Assembly: GCA_030770535.1 (NCBI GenBank)
Contig: JASVEC010000021.1
Location: 558,001 to 622,000 of the forward strand
From: Batkoa obscura
Taxonomy: Eukaryota
Direction of reading: 5' to 3'
Length of the DNA stretch: 64,000 nt
Under the pieces are notes generated by a model. It searched no databases and had not been told where the DNA came from. It saw nothing but the letters and a program-made list of their open reading frames with translations. Of the stretch, positions 13,228-26,456 are shown one piece after another. Both the position numbers and the translations under genes were made by a program. Numbering within the stretch: the stretch's first letter is position 1; each line of letters opens with the position of its first letter.

Positions 13228-14551
13228 ACTTGCTTAATTTAGATTTAAAACTATAGTAAAAAACATTTATTGAGGTAATATGATTTCGACTGTGTTTAAG
13301 TTACATTGTTATAAATGAATATATGATTATTTTGATTAATGGCATATAAAACATCTTTATTTTTATAAATCTAATAAATTGTATTTTGATGTTAATGTCA
13401 TGAAATAAGACTGGTACAAAACTTTAATCTCATTTGATCCTTTGATAAGAAAACAACATCAGCTTTACTTTCATTCTTACATGCCTTTTCCACTTTATTT
13501 CTCTCTTGTTTTTTTCTCTTTGTTTGTCTGGTTTTACATTCCTTTTCTTTATCAGATTTAACAGTTCATATTCTAGATTTTATAATTTATGAAGCATAAT
13601 AAGAGTGAAAAGCTTTTTTCTCAGTTATCTATTCAAGAGCTTAATGAAGTAAAAAGGCATCTCATTTCATGTGTATGTATACAATATTTTTCATTTTCGG
13701 ATCCATAACCATCTTCGCATTTCCATTCAATCTTTTAATAAAATGGATTTGTAAAACTTTTAGCAAAATCTGAATATGATGAAAAACATAAATATTTGAA
13801 CACAAATGCTTTATCATCCAAAAATCATTGTCAACGATGTTATTTAACATTGCCATTATTGTTTACCTACCATTATTGCATCTAGTTTTTCTAAAATGAT
13901 TGTTCAAATTAAACTATATCTATACTATGGCTATGAAGCAATAATTTAACTTTCGATAGTTTAATATAATAAAGCACAAGAAGTTATATTAGTTTTTATA
14001 ATTTACTTGAAGTTCCACTCTATAGTAAAGCCTATAAAGCTCTTGCCCTCATCATAGCTATTTAAATTTGATAAAAATATCAAGCACAAAGGCATCAATA
14101 GAATTAACATGGTGGAATTTTTTAGATAGATTACTTGATATATTTACCCCTTCAAGGTCTATAGCATCTTAACGCTTTTTAATTGTGGTGGATTGCCTCT
14201 TTAGGTTTTTGAAGATGATTTTACGTTATCAGTAAAATGAATGTTGTCATAATCTAAATTGAAAATGTTTTGAAACTGGAGACGTGACAAATCTCATTTT
14301 ATAAGATTTGAGCTTCTACCAAACCAATCTGTAGTTTTCTTTGTATCAATTTCAAACATATTGTTTGGCTGTTATCGTGCCATTAAAAGTCACTTAGAGA
14401 TTATAGCAGCAAAAAGCGTGATAATCAATTATTGCCTAGAATTACTTATAATGTCGAATTTAAGTAATGTAATCGGAGCAAAAAATATCCCCTATATGAT
14501 CAAAAGTTAAAATTGGCAAATTAGGGTTATTGCTTTTTTAATTTTATTTGA

Positions 14552-17500
14552 ATGAAAAAAAGAGTATTATCTGATGATGAAAGTCAAGGCTCCATCGAAA
14601 GTGAAGAAGTCCAAAAGGTGCCTACTACAAATGTAATCAATTGTGCATTTCTTAATAAATTAGTATTTATAAGTAAAAAGTTACTTTATAAATTAAAGAC
14701 AATTTGACATTGTAATGAATGTATATATTAATTCACTTTCAATAGGACAAAAAAAGAAGCAGAGGCAATGAAATAGGCGAGGAACGCCCAGGAAAGATAC
14801 TATCTATTACGTTGAACAACTTTATGTGTCACGAACATTACCAAGTAAAACTTGGGCCCAATGTCAATTTTATAACTGGTAGTAATGGAAGTAATGCAAC
14901 TCACTGATAATGGTCAAATAATAATAATAATAATAATAATAATGCTTTAGGTGGAAAAAGCGCTATTTTGACTGCTTTAATTATATGTCTTGGTTCAAGA
15001 GTTGGCTTTACCCAAAGGGCAACTAATTTAAGAACTTTGATTAAAGAAGGACAAAAGTAACTTATTCACTAACACTTTGTTTTAAATTAATATTTTTTAA
15101 GTACTGCCTTAATAACTGTAGTCATATCAAATAATGGCTCTGGAGCTTATAAATCAGAAATATATGGGGATAGAATAATAGTCGAAAGGAGAATAAGTAG
15201 AGAAGGCGTTGGTAGCGTCTACAAAATAAAAAATAGTCAAGATAAATTAGTCAGCAATAAGAAGGAAGAACTCAGTGCCATATGCGATCATTTGAAAATT
15301 CAAGCTGATAATCCTATCATTATTTTGTCTCAAGAAAATGCTAAAAAGTTTATTGGAAATACTACTTCAAATGATAAATATAAGGTTTTTCATTTTACTT
15401 TGCTTCATATTCAGTTATTTAATATTTAATTATCACCAGATGTTTTTAAAAGGAACAAATTTAAGCCAGCTGGCAGAGGATCTTTTAATGATTACAGATG
15501 CTACCAGAACTACAGAAAAAATCATTAAAGAAAAAGTGGAAGTAGAAACATTACATAATACATAACTAAACAAATAATAAATTTAATATTTTAGGAATTA
15601 CCAAGCATCAAGGAAGACTTCTTACAAGCTGAAGCCAAATATAGAAGTTTAGAAAAAGCCCATGAACTTCATTATGGTATTAAAGAATTGAAGAAGGAAA
15701 TGGCTTGGTCACAGGTTGTTGAGTTTGAAAAGGTAAGTCAATTTAGGTACATTTACTGCTGTTTTATTGACATTATATAAAGAAAGAAAAGGCCTTGATT
15801 GCTAAAGAAGAGGAGGAAAAGAAAAGAGTAGATTTAGTTCACAACAAAATCAACCAAAGAAAAATAGAGTTAGAAGACGTACAAGATTGTTTAAAACAAA
15901 TTGAAGAGGAAGCTAAAAAACATGGTGAGAAAGAAGCTGAATTGACTGAGAAAAAGAATGCAGTTAGACAAAGAAGTGAACAATCAAAAGCTAGTTTTGA
16001 CGATGCAGAAGTAATATTTTATTTTTATACGAAAAATATTCAATAATTCGTTTGTTTAAATTAGAAAACTATAGAAGAAATAGTTTCAACAATAAAAAAG
16101 AATAAGCTTGAAATTGGAGATCTTAAGAATAAAATACAAACTGAAAATGATAAGCTAAATCATGGAGATAGGTAAATACTATAAATATATAGTAAACTAT
16201 TAATATTAACCTACGGTAGTAAGAAGAAAGAAATTGCTCAGAAAATCGAAAGTATAGATTCAAAATTAAAAGAATTCGAGCAAAAAATTATTGATGTAAG
16301 CATGATTAATTTATTTTTATATTATGTTATAACATATACTAGAATGAGGATAAAATCAATCATAATGGAATAGAGCATGAGGCTAAATTGAAAGAAATTG
16401 CACAAATAGAACAGAAAATAAAGGAAATCGACCCAAAATTATATCAGTATAAAGAGAATCTCCATAAATATAATTCTATCAAAGCAAATAGTTTAAGCGT
16501 GTTTGGTTCTAATATACCTGGTGTATTGGATGATATTAGTAAGGAGCGTAGATTCACAGTTAAGCCTATAGGTCCAATTGGACGATATGTTAAAATTAAG
16601 CATCCTAAGTGGACCAAAGTAGTTGAATCAGTAGTTGGGTCTTTTTTAGATGCTTTTATGGTTACGAATCATAGCGATCATAAATTGTTAGAGAATATAC
16701 TGAGTGCTAGAAGATGGTAATTATTACGGAATAACACTTATACCATTTTAATTTTTAATTTAGTCAGAATCGTATATTCGTGTCTTCATTAGATCAATTT
16801 GATTACTCAGTAGGAGAGCCAGATAAAAGCTATCTAACTATATTGAGAGCACTAGAGGTGAATGCATAATGGACATACACTTAATATATTAAAATGGCTA
16901 AAATTGATTTTAGTTTTCAGATGAAATTGTAAAAAGGCAGTTGATTGTTTCTAATAAAATAGAAAAGATTATTTTGATTGAAGACCGTAAAACAGCTGAT
17001 GAAGTTATGTACCGACCACCTCATAATGTTGCCTCTTGCTTTACCGTTGATGGCTTTCAAGTTGGTACTAAGTAATTCTTTTTAAGTTTAAATAAAAATT
17101 GCTCATTGTTTTGTATAGAGGCGGAGGTTACCAAACAATAGCAATAAATCTATATAATGGACCATCAAGATTGAGTCAAGGTAATGAAGCAGCATCTCAA
17201 AAGTTGAGAGATGCAGTCAACCAGCTACAACAAGAGTTGAACGAGCAGACCAAAATATTAAAGAATTGCCAGAACGAAGAAAGGGGTTTAGATAAAACAA
17301 TTAGAGAATACAAGGTAATAGTCAGTTCAGAATAGGAAGTCAGGTTACTAATTATTAGAATAATAATATAACTATCAAAGGCAACATTCGACAATTGAAA
17401 GTTAGAAAAGAGGATTTAGAGCAAGAGTTGGCAGTATGCTTAATTACTTGATTGATTTCTAAAATGAATTTATGCTTTCTATATAGGCAGAAGAAACAGC

Positions 17501-18963
17501 TAACATTGCAGTATTGGAAGAATCTCTTCAAGTAATTTGATGTTTTTGAATAGAATTTAGTTAACATTAGATTTTAGGAAAGTAATAATAGACGGGATAT
17601 ATTCAAAAACCAATTCAAAGCAGCAGTTGAATCACATAGAATAGCTAAACTTGAAAAGGATAATTGTGCTGAAGAATTTGAAAAGGTTAGAACAGAGATT
17701 CTAGCATTCAAAAAAGGCAAACATTCAATTGAAGTAAATTGTAAATTGTAAGTTTGTTGTCTTTGTTAATGCTTTTAATAGGAAAGAAAAAATAAAGAAA
17801 TTGAAAACATTGAAAAGATAAGATTTAGGATTGAGCACTACAATGCAAAGTTGAATGAGCTCAATACTAATCTAGATCGCATCCAAGTCGATCGCAATAA
17901 CAATCAAGAGGAGCTAGAGGTAAGCTTTTATTGATAATAATATGATTATTTAATATTCAAATTCTATAACAAAATAGAAAAGGATGAAAACAGCCTTGAT
18001 TTATTGCCCGCAAAGGGTAAAAGTAACACAAACGCCAGAGGTTTTAGACAAAGAAATCCAAAAACTTGAGCAACAATTAGAAAGGGCTCAGAATGTGTAA
18101 TTGAATATTTATTTGTTAAAAACCATAAAATAATCCATTTGATTAGTGTTGGTAAAAACTTACAAGAATGTCTTACTGAATATGAAGATAAGAAACTTCG
18201 ATACAAAAAAGCGAAAAGCGAAACAAATAGTATGCAGAATTTTATTGAGGTAAAAAATGTTAAAGTTAAAGAAAGAGATAATTTATGTTTTATCAAACAG
18301 GAGCTTCATAATGCATTACAACTACGTAGAGATAAATGGGAGTTTTTTAGGCAATCAATTAGTAAAAGAATACGCTCTCTATTTGTATATCAGCTTTCCC
18401 ACCGTGGGTTTTCTGGGAAATTAGAAATTGACCATACTAACGAAAAATTAATTCCACATGTATTAATATTGTTGTTGTCATTGGCTTATCATACTAATAA
18501 TTCTTAGGTTCAAGTTAATAAAGGTGATCGAGGAGCTTTGACTTCTAGTAATGATCCTAAATCCCTATCTGGTGGTGAAAAATCATATTCTACCATCTGC
18601 TTATTACTTTCCTTTTGGGAAGCTATTGAATGTCCTATCAGATGGTATTTAATCTTACAAATAGTTAACTTATCGATTTACTCTTTGTTTACTTAGCTTG
18701 GATGAATTTGATGTATTTATGGATGACGCTAATAGAAAAATTTCAGCCGAACTACTTATCAATTCAGCTAGAATGTCCAAAGGAGTACAACATATTTTAA
18801 TTACCCCTCAATCCATTAAGTAAATTTCATTCAACTATTTAAAAATTTAAATTAATTTTCTAGTGATATTGTATATATGGCGGGTCCGGATACTAAGTTC
18901 ATTAGGCTCAACGAACCCGATAGGGACCCCAAACAAACAACTCTTAAACCAGTAAGATATTAA
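14552..18963 (+). CDS. SMC6: Structural maintenance of chromosomes protein 6 (many exons)
   Basis: NFMCH..LGPNVNFITGSNGSGKSAILTAL (Walker A), coiled coils, hinge PIGPIGRYV, LSGGEKSYST signature, LDEFDVFMD (Walker B); stop 18961-18963. Start codon less certain. Confidence 0.92.
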
Positions 18964-19147
18964 ATGTAATATGGTATTATTTTTACAATAAATTATATCT
19001 TATTTAAATATAGTTTTAAAAAGTTATTTTAAATTATACAATTGTACCCTTACAAAGTTCGAAATAGCTTATTACAAATAAATTCGAGTTTTTATTATAA
19101 TTAAAATTGAGATGAATTAAAAATTAAAAGGAGAGCAAAATTGATTA

Positions 19148-20077
19148 TTATTTGAGTCTAGCAAAAGTTTCGATTCCAATACCAAAGAAAACGAGACCGA
19201 CAGCACACCAACGGTCAAATGTGAGAGTATGATTATACAAAAAGAGGGATAATAACAAAGTAAAAAGTTTTCTGGTGACTGTTACAGTGACCAAAACCAA
19301 AGACCCATAATTTTCCAAGGTATAAAAGATGAAGCATTGACCTAATGAACCACACAAAGAAAATAATAAGATATCTTTCCAAACTTGTGAGTTTCTTGAG
19401 CAAAAGCTCAAAGCTTGACTAAGTTCTGGATTATATGGATTTATCAACCAGAAAAACATCAAACCAGCCGAAAACAATTGCATATAAAACATCATTTGCT
19501 GGGAGGTAAGTTTATGTTTAATGAATATTTGATCCTGTGTTGAGTTAGTCACCCCATCCATCAATAAGTTCATAAACACTAAAAATAAACCATAAACCGA
19601 AGAGCTTACCACTTTAGAACTTTTCTTATTGGGCTCTAGATACATGAATAAAGCTACTCCCAAGGTGACAAAAAACACAGTTAAATACTTATATAGTGGG
19701 AACTTACGTCTATACAATATTACATTTAATAACAAGACTGGTACCAACTTACACGACTTTCCTAATACTAAAGTGGGATAATCAATATGTTTCAATGAAG
19801 CATAACCAAAAGGAGAAGCTAAAGCATTAGTCACAGCAGCTTGGGCCACCTTGGCCAATAACTCTCTACTTGGTGTACCAATACTCCTCTTTGTCAACTT
19901 AATATAAGTAAATGCCACCAGGCATGCAATAGTAGCTTGAATAAAATTTAAAAATATAAAATAGTTAAATTTTTCATTTAGCAAACCATAAGCTGTTGTT
20001 GATACCCTCTCCTGTAATACCCCCCATGTTAAAAAACATCCATAGATACCACCAATACAAAATAATAGATCCAACAT
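19148..20077 (-). CDS. HUT1: UAA-family ER transporter Hut1/SLC35B1
   Basis: 309-aa multi-TM ORF with GIYGCFLTWGVLQER, LKHIDYPTLVLGKSCKLVPV, DGVTNSTQD and VTVTRKLFT. Confidence 0.92.
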   Translation of the reverse strand: MLDLLFCIGGIYGCFLTWGVLQERVSTTAYGLLNEKFNYFIFLNFIQATIACLVAFTYIKLTKRSIGTPSRELLAKVAQAAVTNALASPFGYASLKHIDYPTLVLGKSCKLVPVLLLNVILYRRKFPLYKYLTVFFVTLGVALFMYLEPNKKSSKVVSSSVYGLFLVFMNLLMDGVTNSTQDQIFIKHKLTSQQMMFYMQLFSAGLMFFWLINPYNPELSQALSFCSRNSQVWKDILLFSLCGSLGQCFIFYTLENYGSLVLVTVTVTRKLFTLLLSLFLYNHTLTFDRWCAVGLVFFGIGIETFARLK

Positions 20078-20642
20078 TTGAGTTTTGTTTGTTGATGAAA
20101 TTTCGATTTTTATTATTTATGTAAATTAAACTTTTAGATTTACTCCAATCATATTCTTACAACTTTATTGCGATGAGATGGACAAGCTTAATTGGCCGAT
20201 ACTAATTTGAGCAATAAGTTGTTCATTGTAATTAAACCAATCAATAGTGCCAGCTAAGTTTGATAGTTTAAATAAATTATTAGTACAAAAAAAGGTAAAA
20301 TAATTAATGATTAATATGCATATTACTAATAGTGTGGATAATAAACTTCATGCTTGAAAAGGAACTTACAATAAAAAGCTACAGTTATAAATGGCTATAG
20401 TACATCAAGGGGCATCCTCATGAATATATATGCAGTTTACTCTGTAGCGAATAAGCTTAGCTATTTACATCATAGGAGCTTAATACTCCCTGAAAGTCTT
20501 CATTCTTAACCAATAAAAAGGCTCTTCGTTTAGAGTCGAATATCAGCGAATAAAAGGATACCAAGTAAAATAAAAAGTATATAAAAAAAGCAAAAAGCAA
20601 AAACTTGATAACTATTCTTTTCATTCATCCGTCATATCTATA

Positions 20643-22395
20643 ATGAAATTTTTAAATCAAATTGCTTATACCTTACTTTTCGCTGCTGGTTTCCGTGGTG
20701 AAGAAGCTAAGGTTTCTGACGTATTAGACCTTAACAAGGAAAACTATGCTAGTACCCTTAAGGCTGAAAAACTCATCTTAGTTGAATATTTCGCCCCATG
20801 GTGTGGTCACTGCAAAGCTCTTGGTAAGTTTTATTTTTTGTTTAAATTAGGCTTGGTTTAACCCGGATTTAGCTCCTGAATACGAGCTTGCTGCTACTGC
20901 CCTTAAAGAACATAACATCAAAATTGCTAAGGTTGATTGTACCGTTGAACAAGATATCTGCCAAGAAGAAGGTATCCAAGGTTATCCATCCCTCAAAGTT
21001 TTCTCGTAATTTTCACTATGCTATTTATTTTTGATTTAAACTGACCTTTTTAATAGTGATGGTAATGCTTCCAGTTATGGTGGTCAACGTAAGAGTGACG
21101 CTATAGTTAGCTTCATGAAGAAGTAGGTTTACAACTGCTCTTAGTTTATACATAATTAACATCTTTTTAGACAAGCTCTTCCAGCTGTTTCTGAACTCAA
21201 AGCTGATGAATTTGAAAAGTTCTCTACTTCCGATAGAGTAGTACTTATTGGTTTTGTTGAAGAAGGTAGCAAAGAACGTAAAGTTCTTGATGAGCTTGCC
21301 AAGAAACACCGTAACGATTTCCTCTTTGGTGCTGTCTCAGATAAAAAAGTAGCCAAGAAAGAAGGTGCCTCTAAGAATGGATTTGTCCTTTATAAACAAT
21401 TCGATGAAGGTAAAAACGTTTATGATGGTAAAGTTAACGAAGAAGATCTCCTTGAATTCATCAAAACTAACTCTATCCCTCTCATTGATGAAATTGGTCC
21501 TTCCAACTTCGCTACTTATATGGATTCTAAGAAGCCAATTGCCTACATCTTCGTTGATAAAGTAGAAGATCGTGAAACTTATGATAAAGATCTCAAAGAC
21601 CTTGCTAAAGAAACCAAAGGCAAGATTAACTTTGTTTTCCTTAATGCTACTCTCTACGGACGTCATGCTGAATCTATTAACCTTAAAGAAGAATTCCCAG
21701 CTTTCGGTATTCAACAAATTGAACCAGCTGGTAAATTCCCACTTGATGGTGTTAAAGAACTCAATGCCAAGGCTATTACCAAATTCGTTAAAGAATTTTT
21801 AGCTGGTGATTTAAAACCATCTATTAAATCTGCCGCTGCCCCAGAAAAGAACGATGGACCTGTCAAGGTTATTGTTTCTGATGAATTTGATCAAATTGTT
21901 AATGAAGCTGATAAGGATGTCTTAGTTGAATTCTATGCTCCATGGTGTGGACACTGCAAGAAGCTTGGTAAGTTTATTTTTTTAAAATTTCAGGATCATT
22001 GACACTTATTAATTTATAGAACCAATCTACAAGGAACTTGGTGAAGCTTATGCCGATAAAAAGAACATTGTTATTGCTAAGATGGATGTTATTGATAACG
22101 ATCTTCCATATGGTGCTAAATTTGAAGTCAATGGCTTCCCAACAATCAAACTTTTCAAAGCTGGTAAAGATAAGGAAATCGTTGAATATGAAGGTGATCG
22201 TACTCTTGAAGATTTAGCTAAATTCCTTGCTGAAAATGCTGTGTAAATTTCTTTTTGTTATTTCATTTATGTATTTTTTTACTAATTTATTTTATTAGTA
22301 ATGACGCTAAAGTTGAACTTAAGAAGTCTGAAGAATCAGCTGAAGAAGAAGACTCAAGTGAAAAGGCTGAAGAAGAAGAAAAGGATGAGTTATAA
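20643..22395 (+). CDS. PDI1: Protein disulfide isomerase (multi-exon)
   Basis: Signal peptide, two APWCGHCK thioredoxin sites, acidic tail ending KDEL-stop (22381-22395). Confidence 0.96.
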
Positions 22396-23289
22396 GCTTA
22401 ATTATCTTTAATTTTAAATAAAATAAACGTTCAAATTAAACATTATTTTTTATTATCTTTAAATATAAACTGAGAGTTATTATGTTAACATTAATTGTTA
22501 GTAGTTGTCTGTAATTGAGGTCTAAGTTTAATTGAATTGTTTTATTAAAGGAGATGGTTGATAAAAGTAGTAAAGGCTGGAAATTACAGCTTATTTAATT
22601 TTAAGTGATTGGTTAAAATTATAAAAGATAAAAAAATCTTTTAAACCTTGAACTTGAAAGAGAGTAAATGTCCTTATTTGGAAATTAATAAGAGCAAATA
22701 AGTTAGAAGGTCAACACTTCTGAAATTGGATTATAGCCGTTTTATGGATAGGTAGATATTATCAGGCCAAACTATTAAATGAAAGTTAAAATCAAAAAAA
22801 TCATATTATTATAGCTTTATTGTAATCTGTGCTTTTGAAAAAGTTTTGATTTTATTTTATTACAAATTTTAATATTAAGTTATAATATTATATTTATATT
22901 TAATAAACTCTTGAAACAATATGAAACTAAAATTTTATTACATTAAATGACTAAAATATGGTAAAATTACAGAAGTGGCTCAATAGTTACCTAGAAACTA
23001 TATTATTTTAATTTTAATAATAATACTTTGATTATTAATAATATAATTTTTATAATTTTTTATTTATAACTTAATTTCACTTTATTTAACTTTTTATAAT
23101 AACTTTTTTTAAATATTTATATATAATTTTAATCTTTGTTTCTATATCATAACTTTCATAGACTGTATATATAATATTGACAGTATTATTTATTTGTTTA
23201 ATTTTGAAATATTGCTCTGTCAGCCCCATAGTTAATTATAACATACTAATCGCCTAAGCTGTGTTGTGTTCTCAAGTTTAGAGACAATT

Positions 23290-23667
23290 AATCCCGTGCT
23301 CTTATTTTGATTTGCTATAAGAATTTCTACCTTCGTCTCAAAGAATATTATCCTCTCATTTTGATATATATACTTGTCGGAGTATAAAAGAGATTCTAAA
23401 ACATAATAGCTCGAGGCTTTTTAACTGAATTATTCCCTGATATCTTGAACATTTAATAAAGCCACTAAGTTTACTTAATAGTATTTTACGAAGATTTTAC
23501 AGTAGTAGTATCAGTTCTATTTGCCTTACATAGTCCGTAGCCTATTATGTGCTATTCTTCATAATTCAAATCTATCTTAGTCACATAAACTAAGACCTTT
23601 CGACTTACAGTGTAATCAGCCAGACAATAGCTGTTTTTGACTCCAATCACTGAGTACTAGATTTCAC
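23290..23667 (+). repeat. Second dispersed repeat family, copy 1
   Basis: Shares blocks such as TTTTGATTTGCTATAA, CATTTAATAAAGCCA, CTTTCGACTTACAGT and TTTTGACTCCAATCA with the reverse complement of 56701-56960. Confidence 0.75.
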
Positions 23668-23795
23668 GATTTATATGTGTAGGTTAAGTTATGTATAATT
23701 TTATTTATGAAACAGCTTGTCTGCTTTCTTTTACTTAGTAGTGCATATTTTAAACAATAATATATAAATCAAAACATAATATTGTTTTGAAATAC

Positions 23796-23890
23796 ATGTT
23801 TTTTTGGCTTCATCACTTTTTCTATTTTTTTAAGCACCATTTAGGTGGAAAGGCTATCAGTAAAATTCTTAAACGAAAAAATACATCCCC
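23796..23890 (+). mobile_element. MITE copy, left terminus missing
   Basis: Internal sequence and right TIR AAAATACATCCCC match. Confidence 0.8.
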
Positions 23891-24262
23891 ATGTCTTATA
23901 GTTTAATAATTTCTTTTATAAAATACTATCATTTTAAATTTTAAATTATATTGTTAATTTTTTAGTTATTTAATTTATATATTTTAGTTTAGCCTAAGTT
24001 TAAAATTATAATTAATCTTTGTAATTATAAAATTATAATTTTAAATATTGGGGATGCTTTTTACTATTTTGTTTACTTTTCATATTTAAAAAACCAAAAT
24101 TGTTTAAAAAATCTTCAACTTCACATTTAAATTGCTCTATTAGCAAATTCTTTAATTGTAGCCTTTTGCAGTTACTTTTTGCAACTTTATTGATGTGTTA
24201 AATTTCAATAAGTTCCTAAATGTTGATATTTTATTTTTTATATAAAATTTAAGAAATTCAAT

Positions 24263-25048
24263 ATGAATCCTGAAGATGTTGATGATATGGATTTCCCTTT
24301 ACCAGGGGTAGTTGCTGTGGATGATTTTAGTAATGTTGGACCTAAGAAAATGATTTATTCTGAAGATGAACAAAAGTTTAAAGAGTAAGTTAGAATTTGT
24401 TTTTGTTTCTATTAATTACTTTGTATCTACTTTTAAAAAAAAGAAATTAATAGTTGATGATTCTCTTTTTTTAAGTATTTAGAAAGGAATTTAACATCTT
24501 TTTTTTATATTAGTTGGACCGTTATCTATCCAATTTATTTTGATAAAGCACGAAAATTTGGAAGTGGTGGTAGAAGGGTTAATAAAGAATTAGCTATTGA
24601 TAAACCAAATGTTTTACACTTACTTTATGTAACACATAATTTGGGATTAAAAACAACGTTTGAAGTAAGGAAGATTTTTATTGGTTTAAATATCAATTTT
24701 TATTGAATTTAAAGAAACATATATTGAGTATGAATAATATTGACTTTATATTAAATAGGTATTAAAACGTCATCCTAAAGATTTTGATAATTATGGTCGT
24801 ATTCGAGTAAATTTATTATTGGATAATGGATTTTATTGTTTTGATGACATTACTTCAAGTAAGGAGTTTTTTATATACATTAATTCATTTGTTTAATTTT
24901 ATTATTATTATTAGAAAAACAACTATTATTAAAGATAGCTGAATTGCTTCCAAATGCCAAAGATACTGTTGATGAAGTGGATACTTTTGATCCTAAAATG
25001 TTAGTTGAAAAAGCTAATCAATTGATTGCTAATATTGGAAGGTTTTAA
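24263..25048 (+). CDS. SEC65: Signal recognition particle 19 kDa subunit, 4 exons (absent from ORF track)
   Basis: Spliced product MNPEDVDDMDFPLP...WTVIYPIYFDK..GGRRV...KRHPKDFDNYGRIRV...KKQLLLKIA. Confidence 0.9.
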
Positions 25049-25129
25049 AATAAAAACAAAAATAAAAGTGAAAATGAAGAATAACTTAATATTAAGCAAT
25101 AAAATAAAACTATTATGATATTCTTTATT

Positions 25130-25811
25130 TTAGATTAACCCTGATTGTGTTAAATATTTGATTAAATTTGATGAAAATAAATGATTGTTAAAAGACCAAG
25201 AATGACCTTTTACTTTATCTTCTATTTCATTATTTATCTCTTCTCCTTCTTCATCATCATCGTTAAGATTAATATTTTCCATAGCACTGGTATTTGTTGT
25301 TATTGACAGTGGATTTTTTAGTATATTATTGATATAGATGGATTCAAATATATATTTTAATGTATCTTTTTGATTTTTACAATTAATATCGGAATTTAAT
25401 ACAAATCTTAAACCTGATAAAGTTTCAAAATAATGCAATTTATACGAGTCAGTACTAAAGGTAAAGAAACCATCTCTAAATTTAAAAAATCAATTTAAAA
25501 AATCAATAAAAAATTATAGATATAAAATAAAATAAAACTTACTCTAATTTTTCAGATAGTTTTAAAATAAAGTTTTTCAGTGAGAAAATGGTACCATATA
25601 ATAACTTATTTTTCTCAATAAATTCAGCTTCATTAAAATTCATATTATAATATTCCATATCATACCCTTGTTTATAATCCGGCCAAATAAAATAATCAAT
25701 TGTACTTCCTGGTTTTAAACCTCCTGTTTGAGTAAAATTGATTCGATTTTGAAATTCAATATAATAAACGCACTCACATTCTCGATTAAATATATAAAAA
25801 TTGTATAACAT
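25130..25811 (-). CDS. BET5: TRAPP complex subunit Bet5/TRAPPC1, 2 exons
   Basis: YNFYIFNRECECVYY, KLLYGTIFSLKNF, FSTDSYKLHYFETLSGLRFVLNSD. Confidence 0.88.
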
Positions 25812-25989
25812 TTTAATTGAAGATTAGGTTAAATTATAAAAAATATAAAAAATATAAAAAATATATTAAAAAAATATTAAAATGATAATTACTTAAAAAT
25901 GGAGATATATATATATGTAATTTTTTATTGGTTCAATTAACTATTTCTAACCAATAAAAACCAACCACTCAATACAATCAACTCCCATC

Positions 25990-26334
25990 TCAGATCATCT
26001 CTACTTCAGTAATTATTGTTGGTCTTGTATTAAACCTAATTTTTTTATTAATAATGCCATTTAATTTATAATCTTTATCATCCTCTTTCTTTGATATATA
26101 AGCTAACTTTTTTTTTAGTTCAATTAATTCACCTTCTAATTGATAATTCTCAATAGTTAATAATACTTTGTTAGATGTTGGAGAGAAAGTTAAATCACCT
26201 ACTGTGATAGAAGTATTAGAAGCTGAGGACTCAATGTTGTGCTCAATAACACCTTGTAAGTCTAAGAGAATTAACTCCGAATTATGAAGTATTTGTTGAG
26301 TGGGTTCATTAGGATTGATTTGAATTTGTACCAT
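25990..26334 (-). CDS. CTF8: Chromosome transmission fidelity protein 8
   Basis: 114 aa with LLDLQGVIE, VGDL, LTIENYQLEG..L.K.LA and KKIRFNTRP. Confidence 0.82.
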   Translation of the reverse strand: MVQIQINPNEPTQQILHNSELILLDLQGVIEHNIESSASNTSITVGDLTFSPTSNKVLLTIENYQLEGELIELKKKLAYISKKEDDKDYKLNGIINKKIRFNTRPTIITEVEMI

Positions 26335-26456
26335 TTTGATAAACTTTTAGTTATTATTTTTTAAAATAGACTAAATAAAATTTAATAAAAACTAAGGGAA
26401 TAAAGCTGACTTTTTTCAAAATTATAAATCTTCTTTTAAAAAAAATAATTTAAATT

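Noticed and set aside
13400..14420. Higher-complexity stretch that may be a decayed gene or TE on the minus strand
   Set aside because: Frames are broken by stops and I recognise no motif; needs BLASTX.
22381..22395. PDI ends in KDEL rather than HDEL
   Set aside because: KDEL-type variants occur in fungi; not notable alone.
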